Below, one piece after another: positions 13,401 to 26,187 of a DNA stretch of 64,000 bases. This stretch comes from Parasitella parasitica NRRL 2501 (Eukaryota; Fungi; Mucoromycota), in the NCBI GenBank assembly GCA_025201805.1, contig MU619304.1, positions 78,182 to 142,181 on the forward strand, given 5' to 3'. The stretch's first letter is position 1. Each line of letters opens with the position of its first letter. The notes beneath the pieces are model-generated. The model had not been told where the DNA came from and did not search any database. It saw nothing but the letters and a program-made list of their open reading frames with translations. A program made the position numbers and the translations under genes.

Positions 13401-14078
13401 ACTTGGAATTGACGCACAGGTAACGATTTATCCGTTTCACTTCCATAGCAAAACATGCCATTGCCAACCAACAAGTTACCTTTGGCTTTAGTCTTCTTTT
13501 TCTTGAGTACATCATATTCATAGACAGACCACGATAGTGCTGAATCACTGTGATTTAAAATAGGCGATGGTGCTGCTTGTTGTGCAGTAGGAGGCGAAGG
13601 AGCAAAAAGTGAAGCTGTAGTAGCTCCTGTTTCTTGCTGTTCTACATAATTGCTCGGTGCCAACCCAATCTCACCATTCGATTTTTCCACTAAAAACCAA
13701 TCAGGGTCGTCATTTTCGTATAGAGCCATCACTTCATCTTCTTCAAAAGCAACTTCTTCGATAGATTGGGGCTGATAGCCATACATTGCTTTCACAGAGC
13801 TAATCGGCTTTGCCTAATAAACAAAGTAAAGCTTTATTTTTAGATATATTGTACCATTCACGATGACGGTTATCCCATACCTTTTCAACGTAGTTGGAAG
13901 GAATGATACCTACAGGACCTCCATCTTGCGCCGATGGTACTTTTAATTGAGCTTTGTACCAATTTGGATCACTGTTCTCGAGAATATACAAGATATCATC
14001 GGCATTAAACGATAGTTCTTCATCATCTGTTTGTACTTGATAGTCATAAAGTGCGACACAGATAGCAACGTACTTCAT
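10418..14078 (-). CDS. SLA1: Sla1 endocytic adaptor (3 SH3 domains, SHD1, SAM-like SHD2, NPF motif)
   Basis: ALYDY/AMYGY/ALFAF..PxNYV SH3 domains; SHD1 WTDRTGAFKVEAQFL..NGVKIDVP; NWANATPDNPF; last exon DPSDKYSVFK..FYY* ends at 10418. Confidence 0.9.
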
Positions 14079-15178
14079 GATACAGGTATAGTACTATGAA
14101 AAAAAAAAGAAGAGAGAAAGAGAGATGATGGTAGCGAGGAAGAATGGTTGCTTAAATTGGTACACCTTTGCGTGTGACTATTGGAGTCCCGAAACCTTGT
14201 CTTCTATTTTGCCTGCTGTTGTTGCTGTACAGCACGAGCGTTAAGAAAGCTGTGGACTACTGAATTAGGAGGGCGGTTCCATTGGCTTTCGAGGAATCAT
14301 TTGCTAACTTGTGTATTACCCCTCTCAAATTTTCAACTCCCCAATTCACAAATGCAATTGTTGATACTCGGGTGATCAAGTTATGGGTATTTTGACCTTC
14401 TCTTATTTTCCATTGATTAATGAGGAAAGCATATGGCTCTTGGGGGGGGGGATGAAAGAGCACAAACAGTTTCACAATGCTAACAGTTGATTTTAAATAA
14501 AGGTATTCCACGTGTGCTTTCAAAGAATTTTTAACTCTACTTTTGATAACCATCTTTATAATGCTTTAGGTGATGAAAATGTAAGTACGTATCTAGATTT
14601 GAGGTAATCATTTTTCCATTTGAAGAAAATGTCCATTATGTTGTGGTTTTGATCATCCTTTGAAGGGTATCCGATTGCGGCAGACGAAATAACAAGATTT
14701 ATCGTAAATTCTGCACTACTAATACTACTACTAGATGATTGTTGGGGGACACCAAAACTCGTAAATGGAATTCGATCTTTCCATTGCAGTTTTTACAGTG
14801 TTAGATTTTCCATTTATTTTGCAAATCAAATCAAGACAACGAGACACAAAAAAGAAAATGAGCTCGTGTAAGAAAGAATACAAGTATTTTAAAGGGTATA
14901 TTTGGACTTATTCTATCTCACTATTGAAAAAAAAAAAAAAAAAAGAAAAGTCATTAACAATAAATAATAGGGAGGGGTAAATATTGAAACGAGAAGAAAT
15001 ATTCGGCAAAATCGTGTAAGCTGATCTGTACTACAAATCACTCATTTTCACTCCTTGAAGTGTTTTATACATTTCTTTCTCTTTTATCTTTATTCTCTTT
15101 TTGTTTTGTTTCTTCTTTTCTTTTCTGCAACCATATACTGCTGTTTCAAATTCTAAAACGCGAATCAAATAATAAACG

Positions 15179-15858
15179 ATGAGGGAATATAAGCTTGTAG
15201 TATTAGGGTCTGGCGGCGTAGGCAAGTCGGCATTGGTATGTATATATTTAACTATACTAAAGACAGTTTATTGATAAATGAATTTTGTTTGTAGACGGTT
15301 CAGTTTGTTCAATCCATTTTTGTCGAGAAATATGATCCAACTATTGAAGATTCATACCGTAAACAGGTTGAAGTAGACGGTCAGCAATGCATGCTTGAAA
15401 TTCTTGATACAGCGGGCACAGAACAATTTACAGCTATGAGAGATCTTTACATGAAAAACGGACAAGGCTTTCTTTTGGTATTTTCAATTACGAGTTCTGT
15501 TACTTTGACTGACCTTAATGAATTGAGAGACCAAATTTTACGAGTAAAAGATGGAGAAAATGTAAATGACAGATCAAAAAAAAAAAAAAAAAAGCGTTGC
15601 CATAGTGATTAACTAATTAAATTTCAGGTACCAATGGTCTTGGTCGGAAACAAGTGTGATTTGGAAAACGAAAGAATGGTTTCAAGAGAGCAAGGTATGG
15701 AATTATCTAAGCAATGGGGAGACAAACCGTTCTATGAAACATCTGCAAGATTCAAGATCAACGTAGATGAAGTGTTTTATGATTTAGTCAGACAAATCAA
15801 TAGACAAATGCCGTTTAAAGATAAACAAAAAAAGAGACTTAAATGCATTGTTTTATAA
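15179..15858 (+). CDS. Rap1/Rsr1-type Ras-family GTPase (3 exons)
   Basis: [34 protein letters not shown] (Rap-type Thr61), NKCD, ETSAR, CAAX box CIVL. Confidence 0.93.
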
Positions 15859-16338
15859 TTATCATTTTCTTTTTAACTGTACTAAACTACTATTTATTGT
15901 CTGCGACATATTCATTATTAATAAAGGTTCTGATACGATTTCAACAAGTATCAACCACGATTTTAATTATCATTTTGAAGGGAGGCCTAGTATGAAAAAG
16001 GAGAAAAGATTTCACATATCTGTTCCATGTTGTCAGACAATTAAAAAAGAAGCTACATACCGCGTTTGAGGGTAACATTACTTGCATGTGTATAGCCATG
16101 CTATCATTTCATAACCATGATATTTAGGCACTATACGCATTGTACTCACCCACGTTCATCATAGCATGTATATACGAACGAAAAAAAAAAAGAAAGAAAA
16201 AAAGGAGAGATTAATGCCATCATTTGAAAGAAGGGATGAGGAGGAAAAGCATGCAACATATTTGAAATATAGTCTTTGATGATGACTTTATAAATATATA
16301 CACATAAAGATCTAATAAATAGAAAATACAATTGATAT

Positions 16339-17790
16339 CTAATAGTCGTCATAAACTTTAAGGTTACCAGCAAGAGTTAATGCTAATCCTATAGTTAGGG
16401 CAATAGTTACACCTAGAGCGCTTGTCATAACAATCGGCCTCTTCAAACTGGGTAATCTTTGTACTGCATAATCTGTCAATTTGCCAACACCCAATGCAAA
16501 ATAAACACAGAGATACTCTGAAATGGGAATAAACGTTGCGCGGTAATATGCCTTATCTTCGCGGAAACCCCAATAAATCCAGGCAAAAAAGACCGCGTAA
16601 ATGACGCTCATTAGCAGTTTGCTTTGACTAGCTCTAGTTTGGAATATTTGATTCACTAAGAACATAATCATAAACCCATAAGAAAATATTTGCCATCCAA
16701 CTCCAGGTTGAATTAATGCAGTGAGCGTGCCATGGATAAACACCCACGTTTCCAGAAACAAAACCCATGACTTGTTACGATGACTCTGCATACATATACA
16801 TTGATTTTAGTGTGCAAGAACATGAGATTTTGATTGTAATCCCCTATGTTACCTTGTGCAAAAAATTGGTTGATTGCCAAATCAATAAACATTGATATAC
16901 GAATCCAAATAAATGTCCCATCGTACCTTCCTATTTTGATTTCGTCAGCCTGAATGTGTATCTCACTTTGGATACACATACCACTGGATGATAATGAAAA
17001 TTGAGAACAGTACCAAAGCTCATAGCATAACCATGATATTTTTGGGTAAAGTGAATGATCGAATTAGAAGCTGGTCGCTTGCCATACCCGAAAATAACAC
17101 CTCGACTGGTGATGCATAAAAATTAGCATCGTAAAAACATAGTCTTTCTCTGTCTCTCTCTCTCGTTACTTACTACGGAATTGCAATGATAATGGCAAAA
17201 ATAAGGATCAACACAACAGATCCTTGAGCAATACCTTCGGCTACATTAATAGCTAAGCCGTCATAAAATATATGACCATGTACCAACTTGTATAATGCCA
17301 TAAATCCATTTAAATACACCATTTGCCAATTCCACCATTGATAATCACTGCTCCATCTTGCCTGCCTCTTTTTAGACATTTGTAATTTAGCCAATATCAA
17401 CCACTGACCAAACTGATGTAGCAAATATGCGAACCAAGCTATTGTTATTCCAATTTGGCTTGGTTCAATACGTCTCCAGGGGTATGCAAAGGGTGTGTAT
17501 TTACCTATTTTGTTTTTGATTATATTATGAGTTTAACATGCTTAAATCCATGCATGATTTTAATTTTTGATTTTACCATTAACATATCGAGAGCCTCTTA
17601 TACTAAATCTTCCAAACCCCATATCACCTTTCAATGGCTTGGAATTGAAGAAATCAAACCATGAATTTTGCGAATTCCATAAAGCAAGTACTGTCACCAG
17701 TAACCCAAACCCAAAGGATGTAAGCAAGTAAATTGTATATGGGTATTTGTCAAATATATTCTTTTGCGCAGATTTTGTAGTCTGGCTCAT
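16339..17790 (-). CDS. Multi-pass membrane protein of unknown function (multi-exon)
   Basis: Hydrophobic exons with polar motifs YLLHQ, HGHIFYDGLA, RGVIFG, KYHGY, HYHP, ETWVFIHG; GT-AG introns. Confidence 0.75.
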
Positions 17791-17995
17791 ATTATTTTTC
17801 CACTAAAGAGAAGAAAAGAACTATAAAAAAAAAGAATTGCATCAGCTGTTATATTTGTTATCAGATCGTCAATTTCTAATGACAAAAAGATTTGCTGGGT
17901 TTCATAAACATTTGGGTCACATAACATACAAATGATGCCATCAATGCGAGATAATAAAAAAGGGTATGACCAGGTATGAGTTTTATTGAAAGATC

Positions 17996-19564
17996 CTAAT
18001 TTATCTCTAGCAAGACGTCTGATTCTAACGCTAAACATTCAAGCGCCAATGTGGTAACATCATCGATTTGGCAATCTGTGAGTGTCAGTTTTGATAAAGC
18101 GGTGCAATGCTTGAATAAGAACAGGAAGATGCGTTTATCAATAGAGATATTCTGAATAGCCAAGTATTTTAAAGAGTTGTTGTCGGCTTTTTTAGTGGTG
18201 GTTGATAAGATTAGGTTGCGTCCAGAGAATTCATATAAATGTGATGCTACAGTTAACGATTCCAAGTTTGAAAAGTAGTTTAGAATTTGGTCGAAATGTA
18301 CATGTCGTTTTTTTGTCATAATATTTGACCCTGAAAACTCGCATACAGCTCCTATCTCCATCGTGAGATGCAAAACAAGTTTATTGATGGGGCGAATAAT
18401 TGTATATTCCAACATATTCAACTCGCTGACACTATGATCGTAGTTTTCATTAAACTCTCGAATAAACCGATATTCTATTTCGTACTTTGTCTTTGCTTTT
18501 TCTGATGATTTGAATGTCTTCAGTTTGAATCCATGAAAGCGATCGAAATTTCCAGGAATGTTAAAAGATGCTCTCACCGAAACAGGTATGGATTTGTTCA
18601 GAATTTTGTCACAGTGATTATATAACAAAGTAGCAGTTGCAGCTTGCATAAACGATATATCGGCAATAAATTTGAAATCCATTTCCAACTCTCGAATGCC
18701 TGTGCTTTTTATCAAATCCATAATCGACCGCACAATTTCGAACTTGGTATAAGGTCTCGAGGTATATCCAGATTGTCGAGGAGGTGTATTACTTATAATC
18801 AGTGTGAGTGTATCTATGCTGTGATATGTGGATTTGATAATTGAAAACCATGCTGAATCTGGATGATGAATAAGACATTTCAAGTGCTGAACATGATTAT
18901 TACTGTTGTCAACAAGAGGGATACTAAAGCTGCTATCAGTGATGTTCTCCATGCATGCCATCAAACAAAAATCCTGGACAAGTGGGGCACAATTGTGTAA
19001 TGACCTTACTATGTCGATTGTCAAAAGCAAATGACGAGTAGCAATCTCCATTTTCAACAATTTCGGACAAGGCGTTGACATGAAGGTGAGAATGTATTCA
19101 TCTTGTGCAAAGAATGCCACTTCTTCCAACCTATCCTTGATTCTGTTGCACACGTCAAAGGATACCCTGTTTCTGGAAATGGGCACTATTCGTAAATGCG
19201 GCCAAATGTTGGTTAAATCGAGTTCGTTCATGCAGCGCCAATATTTCGTATGAAAAAACATTAAAATGTTCAAATTAACACAGTATCGAGATAGCAGCTC
19301 AAACTCTGTAGATGTCACTGGCCTCTCGTTGAAGTCTTCAATGTACAATTCCAATTTTTTGACAAATTTGCCGGGCGTTAGCTCGTGATGTGCGATAATG
19401 TATAAAAAAACTCGAAAAGAACGACATGTTCTTATAACTACTGAGTTGTAAAGGGACTCGAACATCGGTCTATACCAGCTTCTACAAACCAAAATGCATT
19501 GAAGTGCATCTTTTTGCGAAAGGTATCCAGATATATGCTGCACTACTTCGAAAGGTACAATCAT
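17996..19564 (-). CDS. F-box protein with degenerate LRR-like C-terminus (intronless)
   Basis: N-terminal VPFEVVQHISGYLSQKDALQCILVCRSWY F-box; 522-aa open frame. Confidence 0.8.
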   Translation of the reverse strand: MIVPFEVVQHISGYLSQKDALQCILVCRSWYRPMFESLYNSVVIRTCRSFRVFLYIIAHHELTPGKFVKKLELYIEDFNERPVTSTEFELLSRYCVNLNILMFFHTKYWRCMNELDLTNIWPHLRIVPISRNRVSFDVCNRIKDRLEEVAFFAQDEYILTFMSTPCPKLLKMEIATRHLLLTIDIVRSLHNCAPLVQDFCLMACMENITDSSFSIPLVDNSNNHVQHLKCLIHHPDSAWFSIIKSTYHSIDTLTLIISNTPPRQSGYTSRPYTKFEIVRSIMDLIKSTGIRELEMDFKFIADISFMQAATATLLYNHCDKILNKSIPVSVRASFNIPGNFDRFHGFKLKTFKSSEKAKTKYEIEYRFIREFNENYDHSVSELNMLEYTIIRPINKLVLHLTMEIGAVCEFSGSNIMTKKRHVHFDQILNYFSNLESLTVASHLYEFSGRNLILSTTTKKADNNSLKYLAIQNISIDKRIFLFLFKHCTALSKLTLTDCQIDDVTTLALECLALESDVLLEIN

Positions 19565-20001
19565 TATTTTGTCGTGTAGGAAAAAATAAGGAAAAGAAAA
19601 GAATTAGTGCCCATCACGTAAATTCTGAAAAAGAACTGTTACACTCAATTAGACTGCATATTGCCTTGTCAATATTGTTTATATTCTTAAAACACTTCGT
19701 AACTTCAATGATTATAATTACTGAATGGTTTAAAGAATCTTATAACATTCCTATATCCTTATATCCCAACATCGGTATTAATACATGATTTATCAGATTT
19801 TGTAAAATGCAATCAGAATAGTAAGTACCGTTTGAAGAACTTGGTAAGATTATTTTTGACCCTAAAATAAAGCTATAAGTTTGGTGATATGGTAATATTT
19901 CTGGGAAGATTGAACTGACGTTTTCATGTATTTTAATTTGAAATCCTTTAAAGTCGAAATTAACCATCTGTTACCAATATTTATACTTTCCGAAATGACT
20001 A

Positions 20002-22400
20002 GTCAGATTAGCCCATTTGCCTTAATTGACCACAAGTAATTATAAAATGCGTGATGGAGTGCAATTATCTGGTAAAAGCGGAATGTGTCGTAGGTCTTTG
20101 GTTAGGGACAAGAGAGTATCAATTTCGGGGTAGTGAAAAAAAAAAGTAGCGTATTGATTCGAGCACAGCAAGACAAATGAAATAACGGTGGTCGCTGAGA
20201 GCGTTATACTGAAAGGTAATTGTCCTTTGAAAGCAATTGAAGAATGCGTTTTAACAGCTGGGAGATGTCTTTGGTAGACATACCGTACTCATTATTTTTC
20301 ACTTGGGGCAAAAAATTTGTGGCTCCAAGGTGAAGGCATTAATTACCACAAATCAATTTTGTTAGCTTGGAAATAACCTTATTTTTAATAGTAACGCTAC
20401 TGTCTGCCATGCGCCTCTTTTTCACGAAGGTTAACGAAAGATTATTGAAATTTTTTAAAGTCAAAATGACTAATTTTATCTTGTGAGAAATGTGGCATTG
20501 TCACTCCCAATAAACTCGGGATTTGATTGCTCCTCCAGCTTTGACAGACACACAAGATATATTAACGCATTATAAAAGCCTGTTTTGTAATTTTTAGCTT
20601 AGAACGACTTGCATTGTTATGCTTAAAGGATATATGAATATAGTTGGCTCAAAAAAATGTATAACGTTATAAAACAAAATCAGGCAAAAACTTATGACTT
20701 CATTGATAAGAAACAATGTCATCTTTTTATACTAAATTATATTATTGTAACACTATTTGTAATTATTGGTTAAACATTGCACTTGGTATGTAATACCAAG
20801 TTATAATTACTTGTTATTGTATATCAATAGCTTATTCCTTGCCATTGTATACTAATAATTATCAATCTAATAATTGCTTGATCCCATGCCTTTCTGGCAC
20901 AACATGGGTGACACAACTTCTCAAAACAATAAATGCATAAATGAGATATATTGTGCTCGTCGGTAATAATCGACACTATGTTTTTTCAGGTATTATCGAA
21001 GTCATTCTTGATCTGCCTTAATCCACTATAGGAGATTGTCCAACGACGTATTGTTATACTTGTCGAAATAGGAGAATGAAGTCTCTGTTTCAAATCAAGA
21101 AGGTTGCTCCTGTATCGCACGACTTTGTTTTTGACAAACGTTAAGGCACTTTCAGTGATCAAGGATGAATAATGCAGTAGTATAATAATACATTGTATAA
21201 CATGACAACAGGGATAGTGTTACTTGAAAGTTAGCCTTGCCTATGAAATACATTCACTATGATGATCTGCATTCCACTTCTAGATTCATCCAGTTACCTT
21301 AAATTGATATAGACTACATATATTAACAGGGTACGATGTATTATTACACTACAAGGCCATTGATCTTTGATCTGACAGTACCTTATTGTTTGTCAATCAT
21401 ACAGATATGTGTTACAGATAACCTTCCTGATTTGAAGCAAAGACTTTATTCTCCTGTTTCGACAAGTATAACAACACATCATTGGACAATCTCCAATCTT
21501 TAATTGAAGTACACTATCATGATCTCCTATCCTACATTAGGGCAGATCAGTATGGCGGATAAGTAAAAGAGGAAGCAAATCTTATAAACCTGTTTGTCAC
21601 CTATCAGCTCTAGAGAATAACCTACATGCCTTTCATGATCTTTCGTTTTACATCAAGGAGTAGTGTTGTGCTCAGTCGATACGTCATGCCAGACACCGTG
21701 AATCTTACGAAGCTCGGTAACCGTCCTATATTACTCTGAGTCTGCTCAACTTAAATCACAAAGCTAAACTTATTGATAAATGATTTAAATTCATAAAGAT
21801 TAGTTGGTTAAATATGGATAGGTCTTGGCTCTGTCTACTGCCATGCTATGATCATGTTTGAAATTCAACTGTCAAACATAATCAGATTTTATTCTAAAAT
21901 TGATTCGTGTGGATTTATGCTAAATAAATAAATGACTTCTTATCAATCAATGAAATCATTAGTTTTGTAGCTGGTAGATTAAGTTTTTGTTACATTCTTA
22001 TTTCTATTAGCATATAAAACCGTCTACTGTGTTCATATCAAGATCTGGTGCAGCAACTTCATACATGATCAATAAATTTTGACCAAATTTCAAGTTTTTA
22101 AGTGTATGCTTAATTGCAGCCAAGGTATACTTTCTCCTCGCAATAGTCAGGAGCATCTTTGTCCATGTGCCCCAAGACTATTGAAAGGTAATGGGGCAGA
22201 GGATTCAGCATTTGATTTGGCGCTAGAACTGAAAGGAATGATAGAAACGCTGTAGAAGGCCCTGGCTTGATTTTGAAGTTTCTCTAACTTATGACTGATC
22301 TCTTTAACATCAAGTGTAGTCTCTTTGCCTTTGTTATGTTTGACCTCGAATGTGGTTTACTTAAGAACTAGTAGTAATAAAGGCAAAAGGAGAATTTGAC
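20002..22400. repeat. Large degenerate inverted repeat centred near 21265
   Basis: 21031-21105 matches the reverse complement of 21420-21494 at 67/75; pairing extends inward to 21197/21332; weaker nested patches outward. Confidence 0.75.
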
Positions 22401-22738
22401 CCTAATGAACGTAACTAGGCCTATTTCATTGCAATAAGTAAAATGGTAGAAAAGGCAAAAATAAACGCTCAAGCAAGTTTGATGGCAAATCACCAAAGAG
22501 GATATTTAGTCTATTAGTTATTTTTTATGTTTATTTAGAGCTAGTTTTCAAATGAATTAACATTTGTGGCAATAGCTACATGAGTCTGGATAGAATTTGG
22601 CTGTTGTTCTTGTCAAAGTAGTTGCGAATAACAATCGTATTGAGTTTAGAAAACGAGGTGGGTCTGTATAGTTTTCTAGAACTCAAAATGTTTGTTTGCT
22701 TTCTATTCTTTTTGACCATTTTACACACCCAACAAATC

Positions 22739-23116
22739 ATGAAACGAACCATATCGAAAAGAGATGCCGACCATAGACAATCTACGACTAAGGAAACTGA
22801 TAACACAACACTTGCTTCGTTAGCAAAAGAAAAGATTGTAAACAACCCTCCATCAGCACAAAAACTTGCACTTATCCAGGCCAAGCAACAAGAAGCTGAT
22901 GAACTAGTGAAAATCAATGAATTGGGTGCCGACATGGTAAAATATATTCAAAAATTAGCAAATGGAGTGGAAATAGCAACGCACAGTGCGCAAAAAACAG
23001 GCGATACTTTAGAAAATTGGGAAAGGGTGTTTACAACTATGGGAGAAATGAATAGAGGAGAAGAAAAGACAAACGAGACTTGGGTGAGATTCAAGACTTC
23101 GCCAAACTTAAACTGA
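22739..23116 (+). CDS. DAD2: DASH/Dam1 complex subunit Dad2-like
   Basis: Coiled-coil IQAKQQEADEL..LENWERVF..ETWVR fits the Dad2 pattern (NW..V; ETLVR). Confidence 0.6.
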   Translation: MKRTISKRDADHRQSTTKETDNTTLASLAKEKIVNNPPSAQKLALIQAKQQEADELVKINELGADMVKYIQKLANGVEIATHSAQKTGDTLENWERVFTTMGEMNRGEEKTNETWVRFKTSPNLN

Positions 23117-23277
23117 ACAATGATACCACAATGTATTTTGCTACGCGACTTTCCTGTTTGACATGTAAATAAATCGAGGGTTTACACGATGATTGTTGTG
23201 TATGTATAAAGCAGGCTTTTGAAACTCAAATTTTTTTGTTTTACTTTTCTCTCTCGTTTCTTGTATATAACACTGTT

Positions 23278-25229
23278 ATGAGTGAGCGAAGCTTTTCGCC
23301 TATTTTGAGATCACCTTTATCTCGTTCTCCAAGACGCAGAAGATCTTACTCACCACGTTCAACGAAAAGTTCTAGTTCTCGTTCATATTCCCGCTCACGC
23401 TCTCGCTCCAGATCCTATTCACGTCGTGGCAGGTCTCGTTCTCGTTCTCGCTCTCCGTACGGCAGAAGCTCAAGCAGAGGTTATCGCCGTTATTATTCAA
23501 GGTCACCACCACCTCATCATCATCACCCCGGACGATCCCCACCGCCGCACCGAAGATTCAGGTCAAGATCTCCTCCTCCTCCTGTTAGACGTAGACCTGT
23601 CAACAAAGACTGCAGAGTATATGTCAGTAATTTGTCGTTTGAAGTGACTTGGCACCAGTTGAAAGACTTTATGAGAGAGGGTATTCTATTCGAATGCAAT
23701 CACAGTAATTTAAAACGGTTTCTGATCTAAATTCATTCTTAGCGGGTCAAGTAACACATGTGGATGTCTTAAAGACAGCAAGCGGTAGATCGAAAGGCTG
23801 TGGGTAAGTGCGGCTTTATATGCGCATCATTGTTCAAGCGTTTAAAAAAGGTTCATGTTCTAGTGTGGTAGAATACCGTTATCCTGAGGATGCGAGACGA
23901 GCTATTCACATAATGAACAAAGCAGACTTGATGGGTAGACCTGTGTTTATCAGAGAGGTATGAGAGCCTGTCATTGTGGTGACCATGTTAATTGATGGCT
24001 TGCATCGTTAGGATCGTGAGTTTGATAGTTCTGGGCCACCCAAGGATCCCCGTGAGGTTCCTGATGATTGTAGACTCCATGTCAGCAATGTGAGTTTTCC
24101 CTGCGCTGACTTTTTTTTTTTTTTTTTGTACACAATTAATTTCATTCGTTTCAATTAGTTGCCATTAAATGCAAGTTGGCAGGATATGAAGGATTTGTTC
24201 AGAAAGGCGGGCCGTGTTCTGCATACGGATATACACACAGACTTGGGGTCTCGAAGACCCAACGGCCATGGAACAGTTATTTTTGACGAGGCTAGATTTG
24301 CTCGAAATGCTATCGGTATGGGAGACACTGCCTCGATCTATAAACATGAGTGTCTAATTGTTTAATGCAGAAATTTTGAACGGATACGTGTGGCAGGGAC
24401 ACAAATTAGAGGTGAGGGAGGGAAAATATGAAGATAGACCCGTCTCCACTACAACTAGCAATCCTAGACCGCTTCCTCCTGCTAATAATCCTAGACCTTT
24501 GCCTCCTACAAGACATCTAAACTTGAATTCAAATAACAGAAATCCTTTAAATACAATTCCGCCCCCAATGGTTGATATTAGCCACCATTACAACAAAGAA
24601 CCTCCAATTGCGAATACAGCAACTTCCCTTGCTACGCCTGCAAATAGGGTTCCGTCGCCTGTGTCAGTATTGCCACTGCAGCAACCTCCACCACCAGTAG
24701 AGGCAATCCCGCTACCTTATCAGAATCTGTATAGGTTTGAGGAGAATACAGCAACAGCCGCAGCAACTCCACCCCCGCCCCCACCACCCATCTATTCTTC
24801 TATGAGTCTAGTAGGTGGCCCTGCTGCTACTCTACCGACACATGGCCACAATCAAATTTTTGTGAATAATGTAAGGCTTCTGACTTGAGAGATGAACATC
24901 ATGATCTGTGTACATTTACTGCTTTTTTTTTTTNNNNNNNNNNTTTCGTTCTAGTTGCCATTTTCGACTACTTGGCAAGATTTAATAGACTTGTTTAAAC
25001 ATGTTGGTCCAGTTGTTCGGTCAGAAGTTTTGACAGTAAACGGACATCCTAAAGGATCTGGTTTTGTAAGGTTTGAAGATGCTGCCACATGCGACAAGGC
25101 GATAGGTAAATTATGTTAATTTTTAGTGGATCTGGCAATTTACTGATGAAAATAGAAAAATTTCATGGCTACATGTATGGTGGTCGTCATTTGGACATTC
25201 GACTAGATAAATATTCCACAACAATTTAA
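23278..25229 (+). CDS. Gbp2/Hrb1-like SR-RRM mRNA-binding protein (3 RRMs)
   Basis: N-terminal RS domain; VYVSNLSFEVTWHQLKDFMR, LPLNASWQDMKDLFR and LPFSTTWQDLIDLF RRMs. Confidence 0.88.
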
Positions 25230-25296
25230 AATGAAAAAAAAATAAAAATAAAAAAAAAAGCAAAAATGTACTGTATATGTGTTTATATGTGAAATT

Positions 25297-25830
25297 CTAT
25301 CTACTGTGTATCGAAACATCGGGTAAAGGGATAGGTTCATGGATCTAAAGAGACAAAATCAATAAAAAGACCCAATCAAGCCTGCAAACAAACCTACAGC
25401 TTCTGATATATCTATCCATTTGTCTACAGCATTTATCCTTGCGTCCTCCACATTTGGTGCAGTATCTTTTTTCCACAGAATAAACTCTTGGATTGTTTTG
25501 CTTGTCTGTTTCCAAGGGACATTTTCTGATGCGTTTTCTTCATCTGCCTCTTCCATTTCTTCGTCTTCTTCGTCGTCGTATCTATCTGAGGGTAATTTCT
25601 CGTAGACAAGACCTAAACTGCAGTGTTGGTTACTGGATATAGATAGCCAACATTGCCTTACATTGCGTCTTGTCGTTTAAAACGATCGAACGGCCTATTA
25701 GCTTTCTGCCCAACATGACAGTTTCATACTGCTCATCAGATCCCTTTTGAAACTTAAAATACTGCTTGGTGTTGATGGCTCCCTCTTTATCCACAGAGAA
25801 AGGAAACAAATGTGCTTTGATTTCAGTCAT
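25297..25830 (-). CDS. Ribonuclease H2 subunit C (Rnh203/RNASEH2C-like), 3 exons
   Basis: HLFPFSV..G..YF, GRKLIG, acidic loop, FILW..D.P, KWIDISEA|IH. Confidence 0.8.
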
Positions 25831-26092
25831 TGTGTTGTTTTTTGTGTGTGTGTTTTTTTTGTTTCGTTTCGTTTCGTTTTTTCAAAAGCCAAGCACGTTT
25901 GAAGATTGGATTCCCCAAAACGCGGTGTCTTTCCATTTGTATTCGATGTGACCGTACCAGCTCACTTTTTGGGACAATGTTAACTATAAGTAGGGTCCAA
26001 AGCTGCTTTTTTTCATGCACTGAAACCTATCCGTTGATTTCGGACTACAACTTGAAAAAGGCATACTAAATCATCAAAACAAGTTGACTGCA

Positions 26093-26147
26093 ATGGAGGA
26101 AGGTATAAAAGAGTTGCGATCCATCTTGCAAATCTGACAAATTAACC

Positions 26148-26187
<40 letters not shown>

